Source: Chrysomallon squamiferum (lineage: Eukaryota > Animalia > Mollusca). Taken from it: 64,000 nt of DNA. The stretch is from the NCBI GenBank assembly GCA_012295275.1, contig CM022674.1:14632001-14696000 (forward strand), given 5' to 3'. Shown here piece after piece: positions 1 to 12,851 of the stretch (its first letter is position 1; each line of letters starts with the position of its first letter). The notes beneath the pieces are model-generated. The model saw nothing but the letters and a program-made list of their open reading frames with translations, did no database searches and was not told where the DNA came from. The position numbers and the translations under genes are program-made.

Positions 1-918
1 TTTGAAAAGTTATTTGAGCATAATGGAGGATGAAGTATTATATTATGATTATATTTGTATTTTTTACATTTAAGAAAAAGTAATTGTTTTCAAACACATT
101 GAAAAATTATAACCATGATTACATTTCAGTTAACTTTACAGTCATTTTCTATTTGGTACATGTTTTAACTTCATCATTCATCACAGGTTAGCTAATTGAG
201 AGAATAACTTCAATAACTCAACATGGGTCTGTTTTTAAAATGGTTAATTTTAGGGTTAATAACCCGAATATACATAAAAAGGTTTTTGATCAGTTTATAA
301 AAAAATAATAAAACAAAAACATCAAAGTTGTATTTTGACAACCATACCATTTTCATCTTTATGTGACTATATTAAAATTATGTACCCTTTACTATTTGGT
401 TTTTGAAAATAAACATTTAAGAATAAATTTAGTTTGCATAATACATGCTTGTCTTTGTTGTTTCTTTTAGTTTTTGTATTTATATTTTGTTTTATTCTTA
501 TTATACATGCATTATATTTAAAATGTACATGTGAAAACAACACAAAAATACACACTTTGAGGTACAGATATCAGTACATAGCCCGAAATATTTAATCACA
601 CACAAATAGAAACAAATTTATTATATTACACTCAGATAAATAAATATTAGCTATTAATTATGGAAATGGTAATTAAAAATTATTATTATTATTATTATTA
701 TTATAGCTACTAGCAATATCAATATATTTCCAGCACGACACATGACCTCTGCTTGTAATTATTTGCTTTGTGTCAGTCTTTATTCTTCATTAGCTCTTTG
801 TGCTGGAAATTGAGCTTTCCAAATGATGGAGGAATTTACCATTAACAAAATAATAATGTCTGCGTCCATGAATCGTAGATAAACTTTGCGTGATTTGTGA
901 TAAATCTATATCATTGAT

Positions 919-1351
919 ATGGCTGAAATTAAAGTAACACCTCTTGGTATGTACATCACAGTAATGACAATTCGTATGCCGTCAAAATCGTCGATCATGA
1001 TTTGTTATTTAATGGTTAAATTTTAATTTTATATTTGAATGAAATTAATCGTTTAATCAATTAATGATTTATCAATTTTAACATTATTTTGATTTTTTGT
1101 TTTTTTTTACTACTGTTAATTTATATTTTCTCGCTAAAAGTAAAAGTAGTATTGTCATGATATTCTTATTTTCCCATAAATAGTATATAACTGATTTAAC
1201 ATTTACATGATTTAGAAACTTACTTAGCAAACGTAATTATAGTGTACTCACAGTACTGTAATGTTTAACTTAATTCTAAATTAAAAAGTTAGATTTTGTT
1301 TGCCAAATTTTTAAAACAGAATTTAAAAAAAAAAATGATATAAATCAAAGC

Positions 1352-1387
<36 letters not shown>

Positions 1388-3086
1388 TTTGACTTGTTTG
1401 TTGGCAACAAGATAAAAAAAAAAAAAAAAAAAAAAAAACATTTCTGATCATTTAATTGTATTATGTAATAAGATTGAATCATAAAAGAAAGGTGTACAAG
1501 TTAATAAAGATTATAATAAAAGATGATTGTTTTAGTATTATCTAATTTATAATTTCATCTCTTTCCTAGGAGCTGGACAAGGTAACAACTTTTTACATTC
1601 ACTTGTGTGTATGTGGGTGGGTGGCTGTGTCTGTGCATGTGTATTTGTGTGTATGTATACCTGTGTATATACATGTGTGTGTGTATTTGTGTGTTCTCAG
1701 AATGGTTTTTGTGTTTTTTTAATTAAACTCTGTGATAATATTTTATCATATTTCTTAATTTAGATTTGTTAGTAGTGTTATTTATTGATGTGTTTGTTGT
1801 ATTTATATGTTAATTAATTTCAGATACACTTTTTAATTTGATACCAAATAAGTTATGAAATAATATTACAGTATTTGTGTTTGTCATAATGATAATGTTG
1901 TGTACATTTTTTCCTCTATCAGTTCGAGAAACTATTTTATTTTAAAATGTTAATCATCTTTGTTAATTTATTTCCAAGGTAAAATATTTTATTTGGACAC
2001 AATTTTCTTCACAGATGTGGGTAGAAGTTGCATACTTCTGACAATCGGAGGAAAGAACATCATGTTGGATTGTGGGATGCACATGGGATTCAACGATGAG
2101 GTAAACATCTGACCAGTATTAACAATAGATATGTGAAACAAAGAATAGTGACACTGATTCATTACTGATTTTGTGTTGTTGTTGTTGTTGTTGTTAGTAG
2201 TAGTAGTAGTAGTAGTTGTGGTTTTATAAATGATTTTATTTTTTAATAACCTACAAAATATATTTTAATAAATATTTAATTTAGGTTATAATTACTAATA
2301 GAAACACTACTTTCAGTTAAATAATCAGCGATACAAAAATGTAATATTCTAAAGCCACAGATATTAACATCAAAAATATTTAAAAGTCTAAATGTGATAA
2401 ACAATAAATAAATTATGAAAACTATTTTCAGTTTGAACTATTTCAAGCATTATGTTACATACTGTAGTCAGCCTGCAAATTTGTGGCCAAGATGAATGAA
2501 CCAGCATCTAACTAAAGTGTAAAAACTATAATTCACTAGTTAAAACAGCTGTAACACAAGGTTTGTTGTTGTTGTTGTTAAACTAAACTAACACATGGTG
2601 TGTTTTTTTTTAACAGAGACGATTTCCAGATTTCTCTTACATCACAAAAACTGAGAAACTTACTGACTTTTTTGACTGTGTTATTGTCAGGTTTGTACAA
2701 GTGTTAAATATATTAGTTATTACATGTGTGTATTAAAACCATTCATTATTATAAAACTACCTAAAATTCAATATGTTTCTTATTTTGTCTCTCCATGGTG
2801 TTATATTTCCATGAAAGTTCTTACTGAAGCAGATATTTCTATCTCCATTTATATCCCAACCTTTTGTTCTCTTCACTATGTGTTTTGTAATGAAATAAAT
2901 TATTACCTTATTACTTACGCAGTTATTCATTATTTTGTTCTCATTCTATGTTTTTTGTAATGAAATAAATTGTTCTTATTTTTTTTTTTTTTTTTATCAT
3001 TCTTTATTATTAATTATACTTTTTTTTTTTTTTTTAATATAAATTATTATGAGTTATACTATTTTATAAATATCAGCAAGAACAGA

Positions 3087-3122
<36 letters not shown>

Positions 3123-6100
3123 TAATGTTAATGTTTTCTGGCTATTATTTTTATATTATTGATTTTGATATATTTGTTATTATTTTTATTTCTGTTGTTA
3201 TTTGTATTATTATTATTATTATTATAGAGTAGTATTAATGTTCTTATTATAAATGTTTTTTCTTGGATTTTTTAAAATATATTTTTTGACATTCTGTAAT
3301 ACATAATACATTGTTGTTCTTATTGCAGTTGTTATTATTATAAGTTATTATTGTGTGTTGTTGTTGTTGTTGTGCTTGTTGCAGTCACTTTCATCTGGAT
3401 CACTGTGGAGGTTTGCCGTACATGTCAGAGATTGTTGGGTACGATGGTCCTATCTACATGACTCATCCTACAAAGGCTATTTGTCCTATACTGCTTGTAA
3501 GTTTATTTTTGTTTATCTATTTATTGTTTATTTATTTATTTGTTTGTTTGTTTGTTTGTTTTCTTATTTATATATATATATATTTTTTTATTTTATTTAT
3601 TTACTTACTGTTTATTTATTTATATATTTATTTTTTATTTACTTATATATTATTTTTGTTTATTTATTTATTTACCATTTGTTTGTTTTGATAATGTAAT
3701 AAGAAATCTATTTCCATATTTTTTCTTTAATGTAGTAATTTAGTTTGAAGACTGAGATAGATTCTGACTTGAAACTTGTCATTCAGTAAGATTTAATCAG
3801 GATGTGTTTTTTAATTTATTTTTGAAAGTCATGTTTCAGGGATTTCCTTTAACTGAATTTTTCCTTGGTGTAATAATATATAAATTTATCTGTTTGTAAA
3901 ATATAATTTCTTATAGAGAAGTTTTTGTTTTGTCAGACAGGAGACTGATGTATGTTGATGTGTTTTATTTTGTCAGGAAGATTACAGAAAAATAATGGTG
4001 GACAGAAAAGGAGAGAAAGGACTTTTTTACGTCTGACATGATCAAATCTTGTATGAAAAAAGTTGTTGCCATTAATCTTCATCAGTCCATTCAGGTAAAT
4101 TTAAAATACTTTAACAAAAATATACACAATACACAAACCAGCTGATAAAAGTAATAACAGCAACAACTGTAATAATAGCAATAGTAGCAATAATAATAAT
4201 AATAATAAAGGTGATGATGGTGGTAGTAGTAGTAATAATAACAACAACAATAATAATAGAAACAATGAGGCACATTTTCAATTTCTCTTTTAATAAAATG
4301 TTAATATTTGTTTACTGTTTGAAGAATTTTATTTCATATTAACTAAAAGATTTTTGTTTTATATCATATTAACTAAATGATTATCAGAATGGTTGTTTTG
4401 TTTTGCTGATGACAGGTAGATGATGAACTGGAGATAAAACCTTACTATGCAGGTCATGTGTTAGGAGCAGCCATGTTTCACATCCGAGTTGGTCAGCAGT
4501 CTGTCGTTTACACGGTTTGTTACCATAGTAACATTTGTTTTACAACACATCATCATTTCTATAACTTTTTAAAATATCAAAATATCAACAAATTTGTCAG
4601 ATTATTGACTACAACATAAGATTAGTTTATCAAATAGATGACAGCCTGAAATGCCTTTTATCAAAAGGGTGATTATAATTTTATTTAGTTACAGGGTAAC
4701 TGCACTATTTATTTTTATTTATTTAACAGGTGACTACAACATGTAATATATTTGGTATCAGGGTGACTACAACATGTAATATGTTTGTTTTCAGGGTGAC
4801 TACAACATGTAATGTGTTTGTTTTCAGGGTGACTACAACATGTAATATGTTTGTTTCCAGGGTGACTACAACATGTAATGTGTTTGTTTTCAGGGTGACT
4901 ACAACATGTAATGTGTTTATTTTCAGGGTGACTACAACATGACACCAGATCGACACCTGGGTGCTGCTAACATTGACAAGTGTCATCCTGATCTTCTCAT
5001 CTCAGAGTCAACGTATGCGACAACAATCAGAGACTCAAAGCGATGTCGAGAACGCGACTTCCTCAAGAAAGTCCACGACTGCGTAGACAGAGGCGGAAAG
5101 GTTGAAACATTAGATTCATTTTGAGTAGCAGTTTACTAATTAATTAGATTCTAAAGAAAAAAATTAAGTATTTAATGTGACATTAAATAATAATAATACT
5201 TATGATACAATAAACATGACAATTATGATAATATATTATTATTGTTGTTGTTATTATCTCTTGTTTTATGATAAAAAGTGATAAAGTATTAAATGTTTTG
5301 TTTAGGTGTTGATTCCTGTGTTTGCTCTGGGCAGGGCTCAGGAGTTGTGCATTCTGCTGGAGACGTACTGGGACAGAATGAACCTCAAAGTCCCCATCTA
5401 CTTCTCACTCGGACTCACAGAAAAAGTAAAAACTTCTTTTTTATTAATCTTTCTGTTTTTCTTCTTTTCCATTTTTAAAAATGAAATGTGGTTCAGTGAC
5501 AAAATTAAAAAATGTTATAATTTAATTTTTAAAAAAGTTTCTGTCATATGGCCGTTGTGAGAAATAGAGAAATGGCTGAATTTTCATGCAAACTGTTTTT
5601 TTTATTTTACTGTTTATATGAAATAACTTTAATATTTTGTTATTTCAGGCTAATCATTATTACAAACTGTTTATAACTTGGACCAGTCAGAAGATAAAGG
5701 AGACATTTGTTAACAGAAATCTGTTTGAGTTTAGTCACATCAAGGTAAATATTGTTTATATCAGACTGCTTCACAATGATAATAAAATTGTTTTAGAAAT
5801 TCATTTTAAATGTTTTACCTTTTTAAATTTTTAAAAATTATTATTTCATATAATATAAAAGTTTTTTCATTGATTCATTTTAAAAATTCAACAGACTGTG
5901 TTAGTAGCTAACAGATATTTCTCATCACTGTTGTGTTGTTTTGATGTTTTTATATTTTATTGTTTTTTGCAGCCATTTGACCGAGCGTACATAGAAAACC
6001 CGGGACCGATGGTTGTGTTTGCCACGCCCGGCATGTTACATGCGGGCTTGTCCCTGCAAATCTTTAAAAAATGGGCTCCAGTCAAAGAAAACATGGTGAG

Positions 6101-6634
6101 TGTCTTTTATTTTATATTTACTATGAAACATTTGTTTTATTTGTTTCTGGAGACCAAGTTTTAAAAGCTCAATAAATATTAAATTAACATTGTGTAATAT
6201 GATTATTTATTAAAATAAAGAAATGATTATTGTGATTACAGATTATTATGCCTGGTTACTGTGTTGCTGGAACAGTAGGCCACAAAATTCTGAATGGAGT
6301 AAGAAAACTGGAATTTGAAAACAAACAAACAGTAAGACTACAGCTACTAATTACTACCACTATTTCTACTGCTACCACTACTATTATAACTACTACTACT
6401 ATTTCTACTGCTACTACTACTATTATAACTGCTACTACTACTATTATAACTACTACTACTAGTGTCACCACTATGTCCAGTACCACTATTACCACTAATG
6501 CTACTACTTCAACTAAAACAAACACTTCTGCTGCACCTATCATGTATTACTATAGTTATATTATTATTATGATTATTATTATTACTGACATTTCTATTAT
6601 GGTGTCACTGCTATTAATTCTAGTACGAGAGAGA

Positions 6635-6673
<39 letters not shown>

Positions 6674-6935
6674 AAACTGTTTAAAATTAATTTTAATCAT
6701 TATTTTGTGACAGTTGGAGGTGAGGTTGTCAGTGCAGTACATGTCATTCAGTGCCCACGCTGATGCGAAGGGAATCATGCAGCTTATCTCTCACTGTGAA
6801 CCAAAGAACGTAATGCTTGTTCACGGAGAAGCTGCCAAGATGGAGTTTTTACAAAACAAAATTCAACAGGAATTTGGTTTGTAAATTTAATTTATAATTG
6901 TTGTTGTTGTTGTTATAATTACTATTATTATAATA

Positions 6936-7012
<77 letters not shown>

Positions 7013-10000
7013 TATTGGTATTATTATTATTATTACTATTACTACTATTATTATTATTGTTGTTATTATTATTATTGTTATTATTACCACTGCTCCAAAA
7101 CAGATTTTATTGATATATATATATAATATAATATTTTCTATATATATATTTATTTATTTTTAAATTTAATAACAGGTTTTAAATATAATTTTTTTATTTC
7201 CTAACAATGTGAATTATTACTTTTGTTTTATTTTTAATAAGGACACTAATTATTTTCATAATATTATTAAATTTAATGTTTATTTTTTATGTCAAGGTGT
7301 AAACTGTACATTTCCAGCCAATGGAGAAACTGTTACCATAGAAACAAAACACAGCATATCAGTGCATGTGTCCTTAAATCTGCTCAAGAGAGAAGCCATG
7401 TTAGCAAGTAAGTCTGTTTAATATTTAAGTAGATAAATAAATAAATAAAGCAATTAATTAATTAAGAAAAAAGTACATAAATTTGTGAAAAAAAATGTTA
7501 CCTCCCAACAACAGATATAAAATTAACCAGGTTCAAAGAGAGCAAGAAATGTTCAGTTTAACATGACAGGGTCAGCCATTTTGTTGTTGACTGTTAAAAT
7601 AAAGATACTCACTGCTGTACACAATCAGCAGCTGTTGACCTTTTTCACACAACAAAACTTTTTTTTCTTTTACATTCTAATCTTGTGAAGGTTACATTGT
7701 TCCTCTTTTCATTTTTATATTTGTGTGATTTTTATTAAATCATAATAATGTCTAAAGACATCAAATGTTGAATTTTTTGTTTTCATAATTTTGCCTAAAG
7801 AATATTCACGACATTTTAACAGTCTTGTTCATTATAAGTTTATTTTGATAAATATTCACACATTTTTGTTTCACTTGAATACTGCTGGGATGTAAATGTA
7901 GAAACAGTTTCTGATGTGAGAGGTTACAAACAGTTTTACATTATAAACTGAATAAATTTATTTCTAGGTTTATCTCCACCTGATCCTAAGAAAAGAAAAG
8001 TTCTGCATGGGGCCTTGTTAGTGAAAGGAAATGTAAGTATTGATAAAGAGTTTATTGTAAATATGTAAAGTGTTAGTGAAAGGAAATGTAAGTATTGATA
8101 AACAGTTTATTGTAAATATGTAAAGTGTTAGTGAAAGGAAATGTAAGTATTGATAAACAGTTTATTGTAAATATGTAAAGTGTTAGTGAAAGGAAATGTA
8201 AGTATTGATAAACAGTTTATTGTAAATATGTAAAGTGTTAGTGAAAGGAAATGTAAGTATTGATAAACAGTTTATTGTAAATATGTAAAGTGTTAGTGAA
8301 AGGAAATGTAAGTATTGATAAACAGTTTATTGTAAGTATGTAAAGTGTTAGTGAAAGGAAATGTAAGTATTGATAAACAGTTTATTGTAAATATGTAAAG
8401 TGTTAGTGAAAGGAAATGTAAGTATTGATAAACAGTTCAATGTAAAGTGTTAGTGAAAGGAAAAAGTATTGATAAACAGTTTATTGTAAATATGTAAAGT
8501 GTTAGTGAAAGGAAATGTAAGTATTGATAAACAGTTTATTGTAAGTATGTAAAGCGCTAATGAAAGACATAACAGTTTATAATAAATGTGAACAGAAACT
8601 TCAGCTGGTAGAACCGAGTCATGCGTTCCGGGAACTTGGCCTGGAAGAACATCATCTCCGATTTACTTGTACAGTTTCCGTGGAAGAAGATGGATCCATC
8701 AATCAAACGTCAGACAGGATTTATCAACTCATAAAAGGGTAGATATTTAATATATTTATTTATAGTGTAATTTCTTTCTGTCTTTTTGTTCTACATGTCA
8801 GTGTTTATATTTACTTCTGTATATGTGTATATTTTATATTTATATAATTTATTGGTAAAAATGTTGTATGTGTGTGTGTGTATGTGTGTGTATGCGTGTG
8901 TATGTGTGTGTTTATGTATCTTTTTCAATCTTTTTTAATGCATTGTTTTTATTAAAATACATTTAATATTTTTAATGAATTGTCTAATATTGTTATTTTA
9001 CACTGTGTCTGATGTTCTTATTAAAGTGTCTGATATTGTTATTAAAGTGTCTAATATTGTTATTTTACAGTAAACTAAAAGAGTGTCCAGTACAGTACTC
9101 TTCAGACGGTTCTATCACTGTGTCTGATGTTCTTATTAAAGTGTCTGATATTGTTATTTTACAGTAAACTAAAAGAGTGTCCAGTACAGTACTCTTCAGA
9201 CGGTTCTATCACTGTGTCTGATGTTCTTAAATTGATATTGTTAAAGTGTCTAATATTGTTATTTTACAGTAAACTAAAAGAGTGTCCAGTACAGTACTCT
9301 TCAGACGGTTCTATCACTGTGTCTGATGTTCTTATTAAAGTGTCTAATATTGTTATTTTACAGTAAACTAAAAGAGTGTCCAGTACAGTACTCTTCAGAC
9401 GGTTCTATCACTGTGTCTGATGTTCTTATTAAAGTGTCTGATATTGTTATTTTACAGTAAACTAAAAGAGTGTCCAGTACAGTACTCTTCAGACGGTTCT
9501 ATCACTGTGTCTGATGTTCTTATTAAAGTGTCTAATATTGTTATTTTACAGTAAACTAAAAGAGTGTCCAGTACAGTACTCTTCAGACGGTTCTATCACT
9601 GTGTCTGATGTTCTTATTAAAGTGTCTGATATTGTTATTAAAGTGTCTAATATTGTTATTTTACAGTAAACTAAAAGAGTGTCCAGTACAGTACTCTTCA
9701 GACGGTTCTATCACTGTGTCTGATGTTCTTATTAAAGTGTCTGGGGATGAAGACACAAAACACATGTTAGTGTCCTGGTCACATCAAGTATGTTATCTCC
9801 CTTTTATAATTCTTTCATTTGTAAGTTTCTTACTCTTTTGTGTCTGCAGATCAAAATATAAAAGTTTTATTTTCACCATGGAAGTTCTCTCTCATGATTC
9901 AATTAGTTAATTGTTAATGTGCTTTAACACAATGTCAGAGTACCAGTTAAAAATCTCTTTTATCAAACACTGTGATAAACTCTTTACAGCCTATGGTTAG

Positions 10001-10303
10001 GTTCTTATGAAAGATTCCTTGCTGCTTACTGAAAAAGAGTCTTACTGTTTCATGACAGATGGTTGCTGTCAGTATGATAACTGCAGATTTAGAAGTATTT
10101 TGAGAGCAGAGTAAATAAATCATTTTAGCTTCACAGCTTCGTTATAATTTTGTTCTGTTTATTATAGCAACCAATCTTTACTAAAAATAATAGACAATGT
10201 TGATATGTTTGATATTGTAAAACAAATTTAATTTTTTTTTTAGGATGAAGATCTTGGAAGTTACTTGCTTCAACTGATTAGAACAGAATATGCTCAGACT
10301 TGA
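919..10303 (+). CDS. INTS11: Integrator complex subunit 11 (CPSF3-like metallo-beta-lactamase/beta-CASP endonuclease), 18 coding exons, about 597 aa once a 1-nt frame break in exon 6 is corrected
   Basis: GT-AG exons: 919-946, 1570-1581, 2015-2100, 2617-2690, 3385-3496, 3977-4094, 4416-4514, 4927-5100, 5306-5425, 5649-5744, 5973-6095, 6242-6331, 6714-6876, 7297-7407, 7968-8032, 8596-8738, 9667-9787, 10244-10303. Translation gives [35 protein letters not shown] (HxHxDH), [61 protein letters not shown] and SWSHQDEDLG, all characteristic of INTS11. Confidence 0.96.
4729..4940 (+). repeat. 33-bp tandem array (six copies plus the true junction) duplicating the INTS11 exon-8 acceptor and first 14 exonic nt
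   Basis: Unit GGTGACTACAACAT-gtaatgtgtttgttttcag at about 4729, 4762, 4795, 4828, 4861, 4894; the real exon starts at 4927. Confidence 0.93.
8016..8555 (+). repeat. 55-bp tandem array (about 10 units) duplicating the INTS11 exon-15 end and 5' splice donor
   Basis: Unit TGTTAGTGAAAGGAAAT|gtaagtattgataaacagtttattgtaaatatgtaaag at 8016, 8071, 8126, 8181, 8236, 8291, 8346, 8401 and onward. Confidence 0.93.
8985..9742 (+). repeat. About 94-bp tandem array (7 copies) duplicating the INTS11 exon-17 acceptor and first ~75 exonic nt
   Basis: ttattttacag|TAAACTAAAAGAGTGTCCAGTACAG...ATTAAAGTGTCT with exon-copy starts at 9071, 9165, 9270, 9364, 9458, 9552 and 9667 (the true exon). Confidence 0.93.
9930..10045 (+). 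mobile_element. Degenerate SINE-like fragment (Nin-domain-like core)
   Basis: aaagattccttgctgcttactgaaaaagagt resembles my recollection of the invertebrate Nin-SINE core; a related fragment lies in the opposite orientation at about 41780-41960. Not verified by search. Confidence 0.35.
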
Positions 10304-11383
10304 AAATCTGATATTTTGTTTTCTCAAACATGAAACTTAGTAACAAGTCTGTGTCATGTGACTTCACACATCTGACACAAGCAAATATTTTCTAAATCTT
10401 AAAAAACAACTCCACATGGCTCGAGAACAGAAGATCAGTTCTTCTCACTGACAGAAAATAGAAATGAAATATTAGTTAGAAAAAAAACCTCTGAAATAAT
10501 TTTGCTATTAAATAATTTAAATGATTTTATTTAGAAAGATTTCACCAGTTTAGGAGGAGAGTGTTTAATAAAAGGTTTTGGGATGCAGTCTTGTAACAGC
10601 ACATGTAATTAAGAACAGTGAAATATAATTATATGCATCTTAAAACCCTTAATTTACAAATGTTTGTGTTCTTTCTGATAGTACAGGATGAATAAAAGGA
10701 ATCAGAAATAGTCATTTTCACAAGTCATTCTTTACAAATGTGTTATTAATGAAAGCCTTTTCTCTTTTAACATGAGACTGTAAAGTAAATAAATAAATAG
10801 TAATAAAAACACATTAAAAGAACAGAGACAGAGATTCGTTGAAGAGGACAGTTTATCAGTCTAGTTACATGGCAGAACATTACAGAATTGATTTTTTTTC
10901 TGTGTTGACCATTGAAACATGCAGCCTATTCGTGACATGCTGGTTTGATCTGTGTCTGCTTAGATAACACGACAGTAACCAGCAGACTAGACTCCAGTTC
11001 AAAGAATTGATTTTTTTACATTGATATTTGTTTCAAGAGAGACACACACACACACGTAATCGACACTGATGGGTGAAGTATGTGGTTTGAACTGTTTGGT
11101 ATTTAGAAAATATTGATATGAATCTCAGGTTGAAATTGTCAAAAATATCTCATTGTGTGACCGTAGTAAGTTTTCATCTCATATTGTCAGATTATATCGT
11201 TAGTTTTATTTCCTAAATAACTTATTTTTAAATACTGAAATGAACTTGTTCAAATAAGTTTTTTCCATATATATATATATGTATACAAAATATAATTTTT
11301 TATTGATGTTAAGTTGTGAACAACATATATATTTCTTTCTCTTTTTGGTTTTCTTTCTTTCATTCAGTTATTTTTATTATTAA

Positions 11384-11438
<55 letters not shown>

Positions 11439-12123
11439 GTTGATGAACAGTATCAGATTAAAAGCTTACTCAATGAAAATTTATATATCAGATGAAATAA
11501 AATTGGTCAAACGTAAGTATAAAAAGTTATTTTTAGATCAGTGACAGACAAAACGTCAGTGATTATGACAATCTGCACTTTAATCTGTTACATAAAAATC
11601 ATATATATATACTTTATTTTTTATTTTTTTATTTTATTTTATTTTATTTTTTTGAATGTTATCACAGGCTTGTATAAAATTGTCTTCTCTCACACTGTCA
11701 AATAAACAAAATTTTCTTACCTATCTTTGTCGTCCTAAGTTTTAATCTTGTGTTTGTTATTCCGCAAATCTGTACGTTTTTACTATAGAAAACAAAACTA
11801 GTTACCTCCCTTGATATGTGACAAATTTCCTCTAATTCAATTTTTTAATCGATTGTTATGTCTCGCCTACTTTCCCTAACTGCGTAAAAGTACATTTTCA
11901 GGTGATATTCCCAGAATTAACTCAGATGAAGTAGTAATAAGAAATTAATTAATTAACTAAATGATATTTCAAAACAGTACTATTACGTGCCGTCAATCAA
12001 AATGTATCACGTCATAGTTACAATTGTTGACGTCACAGACCCCATCCATTGTTGACGTTATATGTATTGCAGAAAAAAACTGCGGCAATACGACTAATGT
12101 CCAGGTAAAGTAGTTTTTTATTA

Positions 12124-12158
<35 letters not shown>

Positions 12159-12579
12159 GATTATTGCTGTTATTTTAGTTCTTATCAGTTAATAATTAAG
12201 CTACATTTATCAAAACAAAATGAGTCATTTTAGGAAGCTGCAGACTGCTGTAAGCTTCAGACTTGCTGTTAGTTTTTTCTGGTGATGACGTGTTAGTGTT
12301 CTATAAAATTTTAGTGTTTACAGAAAACTATGATGACTGCTAACATTCACAGTTTATTTTCTGCTGAGAAACACTAAATATAGCACGTGTTTTCTGTGCT
12401 GCCTCTGTGCGATGTCAGTTTTATCTTTCATTTATAACAGAACATAAAATATCTTTAACACTCAGTACTAAACACACAAACTGTTGTTCAAACATACAGT
12501 TTATATAATATCTAAAATAACTGCATTGAACAGAAAGTATTAAATAACAAATCCTCCATAGTCAACGTATAGATAAGTT

Positions 12580-12851
12580 CAGACATGGGCAACCTTTTTC
12601 GAGAAGTGGGTCACGTGAGACATGACTCATTCTCAGGCGGGCCGCAGTACTAATTTACACGATTTTGTGTTTTTACTTAGAGTTTATTTTAAGAAATTTT
12701 TCATTTTACTTTTACTTCGTGAACTGTTATAATTAAAAAAATTACATGTTTTTTGGTATATTAGTAAATACAAAATAGACTCATTTTATAAAATTTGAAT
12801 TAACGTTATTTTCCTTGTGAAATTAGGCGGGCCGCAGTTTGCCCATCACTG
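12580..12851. mobile_element. Non-autonomous hAT-like MITE (about 270 bp)
   Basis: Imperfect TIRs cagacatgggcaa (12580) and ttgcccatcactg (ending 12851), and aggcgggccgcagt occurs twice inside, typical of hAT-Charlie-like ends. No clear 8-bp TSD. Confidence 0.6.

Noticed and set aside
4034-4036. TGA in INTS11 as a selenocysteine or readthrough codon
   Set aside because: The TGA is only reached because of the 1-nt frame break; the conserved sequence continues in another frame.
8016-9742. Regular repeats resembling a CRISPR array
   Set aside because: Units are head-to-tail with no unique spacers, derive from INTS11 exon junctions, and the DNA is eukaryotic with no cas genes.
4729-9742. Completed intron gain by tandem duplication of an exonic AGGT
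   Set aside because: The arrays sit at existing junctions, and I found no GT-AG pairing between copies that restores the exon exactly.
919-10303. CPSF3 (CPSF73) instead of INTS11
   Set aside because: [26 protein letters not shown] and SAHADAKG are INTS11-type motifs.
10820-11020. snRNA/snoRNA-like segment with two AGAATTGATTTTTTT motifs
   Set aside because: No recognisable box motifs or known RNA sequence; most likely INTS11 3'UTR. An Rfam search would settle it.
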